Below are positions 19,492 through 29,676 of a stretch of 64,000 nucleotides of DNA, one piece after another. The position numbers and the translations under genes are program-made. This stretch comes from Actinomycetes bacterium (lineage in GTDB: Bacteria; Actinomycetota; Humimicrobiia; JAHJRV01): contig JAGMBY010000053.1 in the NCBI GenBank assembly GCA_023129485.1, positions 1,214-65,213 of the forward strand, given 5' to 3'. Every line of letters starts with the position of its first letter. Positions within the stretch are counted from its first letter, which is position 1. The notes under the pieces were generated by a model that saw only the letters and a list, made by a program, of their open reading frames with translations, was not told the DNA's origin and did no database searches.

Positions 19492-20634
19492 ATGAAAATT
19501 GAGAAAGAAATACATGAAAAATATATAAATATTGCAATCAAGTTAGCAGAAAAAGCCCGTGGAAAAACAAGTCCTAATCCTATGGTTGGAGCTGTTTTGG
19601 TTAAAAATGGGAAAATAATAGGAGAGGGATATCATAAAAGAAAAGGTACTAATCATGCAGAAGTTGAAGCAATAAACTCATGTCAATCTTCTTTGGGGGG
19701 AGCTATTATGTATGTTACTCTTGAACCATGTTGTTTTTACGGTAACACACCTCCATGTACAAAATCTATTTTAAAAGCAGGGATAAAAAAAGTTATAGTT
19801 GGCATAATTGACCCCAATCCTAAAGTAAATGGTAGGGGAATAAAGGAGTTAAAAAGGGAAGGAGTTGATGTAGAATTTGGATTTTTAGAAAAAGAAATAT
19901 CAAAGCAAAACGAGACTTATATAAAATACATCACGAAAAAAATCCCCTTTGTAACGATGAAGATTGCTATAAGTTTAGATGGTAAAATGTGCACAAAAAC
20001 AGGTGATTCAAAATGGATCTCTTCAGATATTTCAAGAAAATATGTTCACAAGAAAAGAAGTCAATATGATAGTGTATTAACAGGAATAGGAACAGTTCTC
20101 ACTGATGACCCATTACTTACATCAAGATATGGTAAAAATAGAAAAAACCCGATAAGAATTATAGTTGATTCAAAACTTAAGATTCCATTAAATTCTAAGG
20201 TACTTAAGACAATTGATGAAGCAAGATTAATTATTGCAACAACAAAATATCATAATGAGGAAAAAGCTAATGAGATAAAGAGGCTTGGAGGAGAGATTTT
20301 GGTGGTTAAAAACCATATTAAATATAAAAAACAGAAAAATAAGGACCAATATTATAGAGTAAATTTACATAAATTATTGGAAATGTTAGGTGAAATGGAA
20401 GTAACATCAGTTTTAGTTGAAGCAGGATCAACACTTTCAACATCATTTATTAAGCAGAATTTAGTTGATAAATTCCTCGTTTTTATAGCACCGATTATCA
20501 TTGGTGGAAATGAATCATTTCAAACTATAGGTGATTTAGGGATTGAAAAGATTATGGATGTTAATAGAGTAAATATTTTTAATTTGGAAAGAATGGGTGA
20601 TGATATATTAATTGAAGCTTATCCATATAAATAA
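19492..20634 (+). CDS. ribD: Bifunctional riboflavin biosynthesis deaminase/reductase RibD
   Basis: Deaminase zinc motifs HAEVEAI and PCCFYGNTPPC, plus a C-terminal reductase domain. The ORF track starts at 19366, but the conserved N-terminus begins at MKIEKEIHEKYINIAIKLA (ATG 19492). Confidence 0.8.
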   Translation: MKIEKEIHEKYINIAIKLAEKARGKTSPNPMVGAVLVKNGKIIGEGYHKRKGTNHAEVEAINSCQSSLGGAIMYVTLEPCCFYGNTPPCTKSILKAGIKKVIVGIIDPNPKVNGRGIKELKREGVDVEFGFLEKEISKQNETYIKYITKKIPFVTMKIAISLDGKMCTKTGDSKWISSDISRKYVHKKRSQYDSVLTGIGTVLTDDPLLTSRYGKNRKNPIRIIVDSKLKIPLNSKVLKTIDEARLIIATTKYHNEEKANEIKRLGGEILVVKNHIKYKKQKNKDQYYRVNLHKLLEMLGEMEVTSVLVEAGSTLSTSFIKQNLVDKFLVFIAPIIIGGNESFQTIGDLGIEKIMDVNRVNIFNLERMGDDILIEAYPYK

Positions 20635-20667
20635 AACCATAAATTGAAAGAATGAAAGGGAGAAATA

Positions 20668-21318
20668 TTGTTTTCTGGAATAATTGAAGAAATTGGAATA
20701 GTAAAAAAAGTAAGATTTACACTTGACAAGGGGGTGCTGAAAATTTCTTGCAAGAAGATTTATGAGAATCTTAAATTAGGTGATTCTATAAATGTAGATG
20801 GTGTATGTCTTACTATTTCGAAGATAGAAAATGGTTTATTTAGTGTTGATATATCTCCTGAAACTTATAAAAAATCAACTTTGAAATACCTTAAAACTGG
20901 AATGAATGTTAATTTAGAAAGGTCAATTACCATAAATACTTTATTGGGGGGTCATATAGTTTTGGGACATATTGATGAGGTTGGGAGAATTATAAAAATA
21001 AAAAGACAAAGGGATTTTAGTACATATGAGATATTACATTCACCCGAATTATCTAAATATATAGTAAAAAAAGGATCGATATCTATAGATGGAATTAGTT
21101 TAACTATAATTGAATTCTTAAATAATAGATTATCGGTTTCTTTAATTCCTTATACCTTAAAAAATACTACATTAGGTGATAAAAGAGTCAATGATAAGGT
21201 AAATTTAGAAGTTGATATTTTAGCTAAATATTGCTATAAATTTATTTCAGATAGATATGAAAATCAAAAAGTTGTTGATGATAGATTAAAGAAAAATATT
21301 AAAGACTTAGATTTTTAA
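20668..21318 (+). CDS. ribE: Riboflavin synthase alpha subunit
   Basis: MFSGIIEEIG N-terminus and duplicated lumazine-binding repeats. TTG start 4-5 nt after AAAGGGAG. Confidence 0.9.
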   Translation: MFSGIIEEIGIVKKVRFTLDKGVLKISCKKIYENLKLGDSINVDGVCLTISKIENGLFSVDISPETYKKSTLKYLKTGMNVNLERSITINTLLGGHIVLGHIDEVGRIIKIKRQRDFSTYEILHSPELSKYIVKKGSISIDGISLTIIEFLNNRLSVSLIPYTLKNTTLGDKRVNDKVNLEVDILAKYCYKFISDRYENQKVVDDRLKKNIKDLDF

Positions 21319-21490
21319 GATTATGAAAAGTTCTTATCTCAAATAATTAAATTTAAAAAATAATAAAATAAATAATTTCATATATAAGAGGACTAACAAC
21401 CAATTAATAAGATTTATATTTTTAATATTTTTATAGCAAATAAAATAACTGGTAATAATGAATTTTTAGATTATAAAAGGAAGTGAATGT

Positions 21491-22699
21491 ATGAGTATTG
21501 ATACAGTTGAAATAGCAATAGAAGAAATCAAGAAAGGAAATATGATAATAGTTGTTGATGATGAGGATAGGGAAAACGAAGGTGATTTTATAATGGCAGC
21601 TGAGAAGGTTACTCCTGAAGATATAAATTTCATGTCAAAATATGGAAGAGGTTTAATATGTATGCCTTGCAAAAGCTCTCAATTAGACGAACTTAGAATT
21701 CCTGATATGATAACTAAAAATACATCTAAACATGGAACAGCATTTACAGTATCAGTGGGTGCAAAGCACAAGATATCAACTGGAATATCTGCATTTGATC
21801 GCGCAGCTACAATTCAAACTATAGTAGATCCAAAAACGATACCAGAAGATATAAGCATGCCAGGACATATTTTTCCCTTAAGAGCAAGGGATGGAGGTGT
21901 GCTCAAAAGGGCAGGTCATACTGAAGCTACTGTTGATTTAGCTCGTTTAGCTGGGTTATTTCCAGCGGGTGTTTTATGCGAAATAATGAATGATGATGGA
22001 ACAATGGCTCGATTACCTCAATTGAAAATAATTGCAAAAAAATTCAATATGCCTATAGTAACAGTTGCATCTATAATTGAGTACAGAAGAAAAAGAGAAA
22101 AGCTGATCGAAAGAATTACAGAAACAAAACTTCCTACAGAATATGGTGAATTTGATATGGTTGTTTATAAGTCAATTTTAGATGATAAAGTGCACATTGC
22201 TTTGCAAAAAGGCAAAATTAAAGATGGAGAAAGCGTATTAGTCAGAGTACATTCTCAATGTCTTACGGGAGATATTTTCAGGTCATTAAGATGTGATTGT
22301 GGTCAGCAGCTATCTAAAGCCCTAAAAATGATACAGGATGAAGGTAAGGGAGTCTTATTGTATATGCAGCAAGAAGGTAGAGGAATAGGACTTATTAATA
22401 AATTAAAGGCGTATGAATTACAAGACAAGGGTTTAGACACGATAGAAGCAAACAAAGCTTTAGGATTTCCATCTGATCTAAGAGATTATGGAATTGGAGC
22501 TCAGATACTTGTTGATTTGGGATTATCAACAATAAGATTAATGACAAATAATCCTAAAAAAGTTGTGGGTCTTGAAGGATATGGATTGAAGATAACTGAA
22601 AGGGTTCCCATTGAAATAAAGCCAAATAAAGAGAATATAAGATACTTACAAACAAAAAGAAATAAACTCTCTCATTTAATTAGTAGTGTTAAAGAATAA
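21491..22699 (+). CDS. ribBA: Bifunctional 3,4-dihydroxy-2-butanone-4-phosphate synthase / GTP cyclohydrolase II
   Basis: DHBP synthase N-half (RENEGDFI) and GCH-II C-half (CDCGQQ, zinc Cys triad). 402 aa. Confidence 0.95.
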   Translation: MSIDTVEIAIEEIKKGNMIIVVDDEDRENEGDFIMAAEKVTPEDINFMSKYGRGLICMPCKSSQLDELRIPDMITKNTSKHGTAFTVSVGAKHKISTGISAFDRAATIQTIVDPKTIPEDISMPGHIFPLRARDGGVLKRAGHTEATVDLARLAGLFPAGVLCEIMNDDGTMARLPQLKIIAKKFNMPIVTVASIIEYRRKREKLIERITETKLPTEYGEFDMVVYKSILDDKVHIALQKGKIKDGESVLVRVHSQCLTGDIFRSLRCDCGQQLSKALKMIQDEGKGVLLYMQQEGRGIGLINKLKAYELQDKGLDTIEANKALGFPSDLRDYGIGAQILVDLGLSTIRLMTNNPKKVVGLEGYGLKITERVPIEIKPNKENIRYLQTKRNKLSHLISSVKE

Positions 22700-22752
22700 G
22701 ATAAATCAAATTTAAGAAAATGTTAAAAAAATATTTTTAGGAAGGAGGATTT

Positions 22753-23220
22753 ATGGAAAAGAAATATGAAGGTCATTTGATTGCAGAAGATCTAAAATTT
22801 GGAATAGTAATAAGCAGATTTAATGATTTCATAACTAATCGTCTTTTAGAGGGAGCATTAGATGCTCTAAAAAGACACAAATGCTTAGAAGAAAATGTAG
22901 AAATAACTTATGTTCCAGGAAGCTTTGAAATACCCCTTATTGCGAAAAAATTAGGTCTTACAAAAAAATATGATGCCATTATATGTTTAGGGGCAGTTAT
23001 AAGAGGAGATACTCCCCACTTTGAGTATATAGCAACTCAGGTGTCGAGAGGTATTGAAACTGTTAGTTTAGATTTAGGAATACCAGTATCATATGGAATT
23101 ATAACTGCGGACAATGTTGAGCAAGCTATTGAAAGAGCTGGAACAAAAATGGGAAATAAAGGATATCAAGCAGCTATTTCAGCTATTGAAATGGTAAACT
23201 TACTAAAAGAAATAAAATAA
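22753..23220 (+). CDS. ribH: 6,7-dimethyl-8-ribityllumazine synthase
   Basis: Lumazine synthase fold sequence ([25 protein letters not shown]). AGGAAGGAGGA RBS. Confidence 0.95.
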   Translation: MEKKYEGHLIAEDLKFGIVISRFNDFITNRLLEGALDALKRHKCLEENVEITYVPGSFEIPLIAKKLGLTKKYDAIICLGAVIRGDTPHFEYIATQVSRGIETVSLDLGIPVSYGIITADNVEQAIERAGTKMGNKGYQAAISAIEMVNLLKEIK

Positions 23221-23325
23221 TTATTACAGATTATTGATTTTATCATATAGAAAATAATAAAAATAAAATTTTAAATTTCAATTTAATTTACCCTGTTTTT
23301 TATTAGGGGGAATAAGAGGTTAAAT

Positions 23326-23877
23326 ATGAAAATTGGAATTTTTAGTGATACTCATGGTGATTATAAAGCTGTTAAAAAAAGTCTTAAGATTTTTAAGAAT
23401 TGCGATTTTATATTACATTGCGGTGATATATTAAATCATGGAGTTTTCAATCCAATAAAAAAGTCTTATAATCCCCAAAAAGTAGCAGAACTTTTAAATA
23501 AATCAAAAGTACCTATAATTTTTTGTAAGGGTAATTGTGATAGTGAAGTAGACCAGGCAGCAATAAAAAGACCTATTCAAAGTCCAATTGCTTATATATT
23601 TGCAGAACCTTTTAAAATTCTCATAAGTCATGGACATAATATGAGTAGAGAAGATATTTTAAAACTTGTTCAAAAGGATGGTTATAACATCGTTGTAAGT
23701 GGTCATACTCATCGCCAATTATTTGAAAGGGTAGAAGATATCTTTTTCATAAACCCTGGGAGTGTAAGTATTCCATTAGATGATAAACCACCATCAGTGA
23801 TAATTTTAGAGGATAATGAATTATCTTTTATAGACATATATACAGGTGAGGTAACAGAAAGATTCAAACTGGAGTAA
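23326..23877 (+). CDS. Metallophosphoesterase, YfcE/MJ0936 family
   Basis: Motifs DTHGD, GDIL, GNCD, GHTH. Confidence 0.8.
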   Translation: MKIGIFSDTHGDYKAVKKSLKIFKNCDFILHCGDILNHGVFNPIKKSYNPQKVAELLNKSKVPIIFCKGNCDSEVDQAAIKRPIQSPIAYIFAEPFKILISHGHNMSREDILKLVQKDGYNIVVSGHTHRQLFERVEDIFFINPGSVSIPLDDKPPSVIILEDNELSFIDIYTGEVTERFKLE

Positions 23878-23899
23878 ATATTAGAACTAAACAAAATTT

Positions 23900-24445
23900 C
23901 TACTCAATTATTTTTTCTAATATTTCTTTATGTAAACTATAGTCACTTTCTGAATATAAAACTAATCTTACAAGACTTGGTTTTTTATTATTCTTTAAGT
24001 AATTAATTATTGTATTTAGAGCTATTTTTGCAGCCTCCTCTTTGGGATATCCAAAAGCTCCTGTACTTAAAGCTGGGAAAGAAATGCTTCCAAAACCTTT
24101 GTCTTTTGCTAATTTTAGACTATTTTCATAACTTGCTTTAAGTAAAACAGGATCATTATCTGAACGTGAATATATAGGTCCAACAGTATGGATGACATAA
24201 GGAGCTGGTAGATTATAGCCCTTTGTAATTTTAGCTTCTCCAGTTTTACATCCACCAAGTTTTTCACATTCATCCCAAAGTTTCGGTCCAGCAACTCTAT
24301 GTATAGCTCCAGCAACTCCACCACCTGGGGCAAGTCTATAATTAGCAGCATTTACAATTGCATCAGTTTGTTGAGCAGTTATATCACCCCTGACAAGCTC
24401 CAATACATTGTCATTTATTTTCCTTACCATCTTTAATTCATTCAT
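23900..24445 (-). CDS. Macro domain protein (O-acetyl-ADP-ribose deacetylase, YmdB-like)
   Basis: Macro domain motifs GDITAQQTDAIVNAAN, GGGVAGAI, HTVGP. Start set at ATG 24445, 6 nt after GGAGG; the TTG at 24451 used in the ORF track abuts the RBS. Confidence 0.85.
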   Translation of the reverse strand: MNELKMVRKINDNVLELVRGDITAQQTDAIVNAANYRLAPGGGVAGAIHRVAGPKLWDECEKLGGCKTGEAKITKGYNLPAPYVIHTVGPIYSRSDNDPVLLKASYENSLKLAKDKGFGSISFPALSTGAFGYPKEEAAKIALNTIINYLKNNKKPSLVRLVLYSESDYSLHKEILEKIIE

Positions 24446-24746
24446 TTTCAACCTCCAATTTAACCTATTTATTTTAGATATTTGAGAGATATAAAGAATA
24501 GGAATTTATATATAGTGTAAAAATAACAAGTATAATTATAATAATATATAATTATTTTCTTATTTTCTAAAATTTCTTTTCAATGAAAAGCTTTTATACA
24601 TTAAGGGAAGAGAGAATTAAAAAATCATAAGTATTAAAGAACAGTAGTTTGAAGATTATCATGAAATTTTAAATTTTTGATTATCTATTATTTAATAATT
24701 TAAAATAATAAGATGTAATTATATAAAATTTTTATCAAATGAATTA

Positions 24747-24965
24747 ATGAGTATGAAAGAAGGTCAAAAAATTATGGAAAAGAGACTTTGTCGTTCAAAA
24801 AAAGAAAGAATGATATGTGGTGTGTGTGGGGGAGTAGCAGAATATTTCAATGTAGATCCTACAATAGTTAGATTATTATGGGCAGCATTAACAATATTTT
24901 CAGCATTTTTCCCAGGAATAATACTTTATCTGATTTGTTGTGTTGTAATTCCTGAGGAAAAATAA
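24747..24965 (+). CDS. PspC-domain small membrane protein
   Basis: PspC motif L.RS...RMI.GVCGG.AEYF..DP..VRL.W followed by a TM segment. Start may be ATG 24774. Confidence 0.7.
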   Translation: MSMKEGQKIMEKRLCRSKKERMICGVCGGVAEYFNVDPTIVRLLWAALTIFSAFFPGIILYLICCVVIPEEK

Positions 24966-25535
24966 AAAGTTTTAAAAATTGTATACAAAATAGATAAACA
25001 AAATAAGGTAAATAAAAAATTTAGTAAATAATATTTTTTTTATACTCTGTTTTGGCATCCTTATTCATGATTAAATTGAAAGAGAAAAGTTTCAACACAC
25101 CTTAAATTAAAAAATCATAAATGCTTTCTATTTCAATGTAATTTTTCATTCAAATTCTCATTCTTAGATACAAATTCTATAAAAAAAATTTTGTATATAT
25201 GTTTTAACTCCTTTTATCATTTCTTTAATTAGGATAAAAAGTGTTTATAGTAATAATCATAGAAAAAAAATTTTATTTTAATAACAGAATAATGAAAAAT
25301 ACTTTTAATATTTTTGATATTAGTTTAAAATATTGTGATTAATTCATGATAAATCTTTTTATTATTTTAAAAAATTAATTTTCTATTAGTAGGATAAATT
25401 AATTTATAAGCTATGAGATATATCTTTTGAGAGTTAAAAATAAATAAAATAATTGTGTTTTATTGTGTCTTATATAATAGAATTAAAAAATTAAAATCAT
25501 TATTAACCTATTAATAAATAATGAGGATTAAGAAG

Positions 25536-25943
25536 ATGGAAACGGAGAGGACAAAAAAGGTAGGAATAGCGATACAGAAAGAATTCAGTGAGATTTTACA
25601 AAGAGAGGTGAAAGATCCAAGGATTGGTTTTGTTACTGTGACAAGGGTAAAAGTTACTCCTGATTTGAAAATTGCAAATATTTATATTAGTATTTATGGT
25701 TCAACTGAAGAGAGAGAAAGAACTTTACAAGGGCTTGAAAGTGCAAAAGGGTATATAAGAAGCCTATTTGCAAAAAGATTACATATAAAGTTTATTCCAG
25801 AAATTAGATTCTTTCATGATAAATCTTTTGAGGAGGGAATAAGGATATCAGAAGTTATGTCTAAGTTGAAAGATAAAGACGATAAAAAAGTTGGAAAAGA
25901 AAAAAAAGAAGAAGAGGAAAATGAAAATGAGAATGAAATTTAA
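25536..25943 (+). CDS. rbfA: Ribosome-binding factor A
   Basis: RbfA core (KEFSEILQREVKDPRIGFVTVTRVKVTPDLKIANIY). GAGGA RBS 8 nt before ATG 25536. Acidic E/N-rich C-terminal tail. Confidence 0.85.
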   Translation: METERTKKVGIAIQKEFSEILQREVKDPRIGFVTVTRVKVTPDLKIANIYISIYGSTEERERTLQGLESAKGYIRSLFAKRLHIKFIPEIRFFHDKSFEEGIRISEVMSKLKDKDDKKVGKEKKEEEENENENEI

Positions 25944-26916
25944 TAGAATTAAATATAAGAATATATCAAAAAAAGTAGTGGAAATAATTAATAATGAGGA
26001 AAAATTTGTACTATTCTCTCATAAGAAGCCAGATGGTGATGCAATGGGTTCAGTTCTGACGATGTATTGTTTATTTAAAAAAATGAATAAAAATGTTGAA
26101 GTTGCATGGGATGATGAAGTTCCTTATCAGTTTACTTTTCTTCCTTACTCAAATATTTTGAAAAAGAATATCCCAAGCATTGATTCAAATACAGTATTAA
26201 TTTCTTTGGATAATTCTTCAAAAGATTTGATTAATTTACTTTATCCTGGTCTTAAAAGAGAAGATTATAAACTAATAATAAATATAGATCACCATTATAA
26301 AAACACAGAATTTGGAGATATAAATTTAGTGACCCCCGATGCCTCTTCTGTAACTCAGATACTTTATAACGTCTTTAAAGAAAATGACATAGAAATTGAT
26401 ATAAGAATGGCAGAGTGCTTATATACTGGGTTGGTAACCGATAGTGGAAGGTTTCAATATATAAATACAACTGCTCAAAGTCATCTGATGGCTGCTGAGT
26501 TAATTTCTTTAGGAGTAGACCCAATAAAAATATTTAGAAAAGTTTTTGAAAATAAACCTGCAGAGATACTTAATTTATATAATAGTATGATTTCAAGAGC
26601 GAAGATTTCAAAAAAAGGCTCTTTTATTTATTCATATGTCCTTCAAGATGACTTAAAGAACTTAAATCTCCCATATTCAGCTTCTATGAATTTCATAAAT
26701 ATGATAAGAGCAATAAAGAATGTGAAATTTGCCTCAGTCTTTAAACAGGAGAAAGATGGTACTTATAGAGTTAGTCTTAGATCTTCTAGTAATGTAAATG
26801 TTTCAAAGATAGCTTATGTATTTGGTGGTGGTGGTCATCCAATGGCTGCAGGTTATCATTGTAAAAGCAAGAATTTAGTGGAGTGTGTAACGCAGTTAGA
26901 AGATGAATTATATTAA
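25927..26916 (+). CDS. nrnA: DHH-family phosphoesterase (NrnA-like oligoribonuclease/pAp phosphatase)
   Basis: DHH motifs (SHKKPDGDAMGS, DHH, GGGH). Three in-frame ATGs at 25921, 25927 and 25933; GAGGA spacing favours 25927. Confidence 0.8.
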   Translation: MRMKFNRIKYKNISKKVVEIINNEEKFVLFSHKKPDGDAMGSVLTMYCLFKKMNKNVEVAWDDEVPYQFTFLPYSNILKKNIPSIDSNTVLISLDNSSKDLINLLYPGLKREDYKLIINIDHHYKNTEFGDINLVTPDASSVTQILYNVFKENDIEIDIRMAECLYTGLVTDSGRFQYINTTAQSHLMAAELISLGVDPIKIFRKVFENKPAEILNLYNSMISRAKISKKGSFIYSYVLQDDLKNLNLPYSASMNFINMIRAIKNVKFASVFKQEKDGTYRVSLRSSSNVNVSKIAYVFGGGGHPMAAGYHCKSKNLVECVTQLEDELY

Positions 26917-27862
26917 AAATGGGTTAATAATAGTTAATAAACCAAAAGGTTTAACCTCTCATGATGTTGTTGAGGAAATAAGAAAATTCTTTCCTAATAT
27001 TAAGGTTGGTCACACAGGAACTTTGGATCCAATGACAACTGGCATCTTACTTGTCTGTATAGGAAGAGCAACAAAACTTTCACGAGTTTTAAATAGGTAT
27101 GATAAGGAGTATATTGCAGAGATTGAATTAGGATATGAAACAGATACATTAGATAGTCATGGAAAGATAGTTAAAAAATCAAGTAAAAGTGAGATAGGTA
27201 AAAAATTAGAGAAGATTACAAATTTAAGGAAAGTAATTAATAAATTTGTTGGAGAGATAAGTCAAATTCCCCCAATTTATTCTGCCATAAAATACAAAGG
27301 AGAGAAACTATATAAAATTACGAGAAGGAATCAAAAAGTTAAAATTAAACCAAGAAATGTGAATATATATAAAATTCAATTAATTGATAAAATAAGAGAT
27401 AGCACATTTAAAATAAAAGTGATATGCTCTTCTGGATCATATATAAGAGCTTTAGCAAGGGATATTGGAATAAATTTAGGAACTTATGCGACATTGATTG
27501 AACTTATAAGAATAAGGATTGGAAAATATAAGATAGAAAATTCTTATAAATTAGAACAATTAAAAAAATTATATTTAAAAGGAATGATTTCTAAGGTTAT
27601 AATTCCAATTTCACAAATTTTAAGTGAATTTAAGAAGGTAATAATTAAAGATTTTTATAAAAAAATGATAAAAAATGGAGCACCACTATCACTTAATATG
27701 ATTAAAAATGTTCCTTTTAAATGCAAAAGCAGAAAAGAATTAGTAATATTAGTTAATGAAGAAAAAATTGTAGGTATCTACAAAACCTTTAGAGATATTG
27801 ATTTAAAATCAGTATCTACAAGTAAAACAGATGTAGCAAAAGCTTGGATAATGTTAAATTAA
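26903..27862 (+). CDS. truB: tRNA pseudouridine(55) synthase
   Basis: TruB motifs (NKPKGLTSHDVV, GHTGTLDPMTTG) and C-terminal PUA-like region. Confidence 0.9.
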   Translation: MNYIKNGLIIVNKPKGLTSHDVVEEIRKFFPNIKVGHTGTLDPMTTGILLVCIGRATKLSRVLNRYDKEYIAEIELGYETDTLDSHGKIVKKSSKSEIGKKLEKITNLRKVINKFVGEISQIPPIYSAIKYKGEKLYKITRRNQKVKIKPRNVNIYKIQLIDKIRDSTFKIKVICSSGSYIRALARDIGINLGTYATLIELIRIRIGKYKIENSYKLEQLKKLYLKGMISKVIIPISQILSEFKKVIIKDFYKKMIKNGAPLSLNMIKNVPFKCKSRKELVILVNEEKIVGIYKTFRDIDLKSVSTSKTDVAKAWIMLN

Positions 27863-27897
27863 TTTAATAAATATAAGATCATTGATGATTTTATAAA

Positions 27898-28866
27898 ATG
27901 ACAAAAATTATTAAATATAAAACAGTTAAAAATTTTAAAGAAAATTTAAATTATAAAGATGGGAATGTTTTAACCATAGGTTTTTTCGATGGTGTACATA
28001 TTGGTCATCAGAAGGTATTAAAAAATGGTAAGAAATTATCATTAGAAAAAAACATTCCATTTGTTGTATTAACATTTCATCCTCATCCTAATGAAATAAT
28101 TTTTCCAGATAGGAAATTTCCATTGTTAACTTCGTTAGAAAATAGAATTAAATTAATAATGGATTTTGGTGTTGATGTAATAATTGTTATACCTTTTACA
28201 AAAGAGTTTTCATTATTAACTAAAGAGGGATTCTTGGAAGAAATTGTTAAAAATAGGATAAACCCCAAGGATTTAGTAATAGGCGAGGATTTTAGATTTG
28301 GTTATAAAGCTGATGGCAATATTGAATTTTTACTTGAATATTTTAAAAATCAGGATATTTCAGTGAATGTAATCCCATTATTGAAAATTGATAAAAGTAT
28401 CATTTCAAGCACTCTAATTCGAAAGTTAATAATAAATGGAGAAATATCTTATGCAAACAAATTATTAGGTAGAAATTTTGAAGTATATGGATCAGTAATA
28501 AAGGGAAGGGGGGTGGGGAGTTCTATCGGTTTTCCAACACTAAATATTAAAAAATTAAAGGAAATTTTGTTACCTGGTGATGGAATTTATCTGGGGCAAG
28601 TAAAATTTGATAATTCTAAAAAATATTGTCTGATAAATATAGGTAAGAGACCAACCTTTGATGGAAAGAGAAGAACAGTTGAGACTTATATTTTAGATAT
28701 AGAAGAAGATGAAATTAAGAAATTAAGGGAATTGGGTTTATTAAAACTATATTTTATAAAAAAATTAAGAGATGAAATTAAATTTGAATCAGTTGAAAAA
28801 TTAGTTGAACAGATAAAAAGAGATATTAAAAAAGCAAGAGAAATTATAAAATCTATAAATTTTTAA
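27898..28866 (+). CDS. ribF: Bifunctional riboflavin kinase / FMN adenylyltransferase
   Basis: FAD synthetase N domain (GFFDGVHIGHQ) and riboflavin kinase C domain (GRGVGSSIGFPTLN, ETYILD). Confidence 0.9.
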   Translation: MTKIIKYKTVKNFKENLNYKDGNVLTIGFFDGVHIGHQKVLKNGKKLSLEKNIPFVVLTFHPHPNEIIFPDRKFPLLTSLENRIKLIMDFGVDVIIVIPFTKEFSLLTKEGFLEEIVKNRINPKDLVIGEDFRFGYKADGNIEFLLEYFKNQDISVNVIPLLKIDKSIISSTLIRKLIINGEISYANKLLGRNFEVYGSVIKGRGVGSSIGFPTLNIKKLKEILLPGDGIYLGQVKFDNSKKYCLINIGKRPTFDGKRRTVETYILDIEEDEIKKLRELGLLKLYFIKKLRDEIKFESVEKLVEQIKRDIKKAREIIKSINF

Positions 28867-29139
28867 TAACTTATTTTTAATATTTATTGTTGTAATATAG
28901 TCAAATTATTTTCATTTAAATTAACAATTTGAATTATATTTATTTTAAAATGTATTATAATATTTTAAAATAGTCAAATATAATAAGGTATATTAATCAT
29001 TATTGATTATGTTATTTATTATTAAGCATATTATTCATTAATGTGTTCATAATATATTACAAAGGATGTTATTCACTAATAATTATGATATTGAATACTT
29101 TATATAATTTAGATTTGAAGGAAATGGAGGTTGTGTTAA

Positions 29140-29409
29140 TTGACTATAAATAAAGAGGATAAGCAGGGCATTATAAAAGAATATCAAATTCATGAAAATG
29201 ATACTGGTTCTCCAGAAGTTCAGTTAGCTATTCTAACTGATGAAATAAATAATTTAACAGAGCATTTAAAAATTCACAAAAAGGATTTTCATTCAAGAAG
29301 AGGCTTATTAAAGAAAGTGGGAAGAAGGAGAAGACTTTTAGAGTATTTGAAAGCGAAAGATATTGAAAGATATAAAAGCTTAATTAAAAAATTAGGATTG
29401 AGAAAATAA
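29140..29409 (+). CDS. rpsO: 30S ribosomal protein S15
   Basis: S15 conserved sequence ([30 protein letters not shown]). TTG start after GGAGG. Confidence 0.95.
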   Translation: MTINKEDKQGIIKEYQIHENDTGSPEVQLAILTDEINNLTEHLKIHKKDFHSRRGLLKKVGRRRRLLEYLKAKDIERYKSLIKKLGLRK

Positions 29410-29676
29410 ACCTTTAAAAAAGAATGAATTTAAAAAATCCCCCATATAACATCAATCCGACATTTCAATTCTATCTTTTATTTTTAACAATTTTGGATAA
29501 TTGTGTTTAAGATAATTATATTTTTAGTTGAAATAATATTTTTATGTTCAATTTTAATTTTAAGTGCAATAATTAATTTATATATTTCTAAATGTAATAA
29601 TTTTTTATTATACACATCTTTTGAGTAAAAAAATTTAGTAAAATAAAAATTTTAATTATTTTAGGAGGTTTTATTT

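Noticed and set aside
23221-23325. Possible terminator CCCTGTTTTTTATTAGGGG after ribH
   Set aside because: The stem is only 4 bp and overlaps the RBS of the next gene, so it is not convincing.
28867-29139. Direct repeat ATAGTCAAAT (about 28900 and 28970) upstream of rpsO as a possible regulatory site
   Set aside because: Only 10 bp and two copies in very AT-rich sequence, so a chance occurrence is likely.
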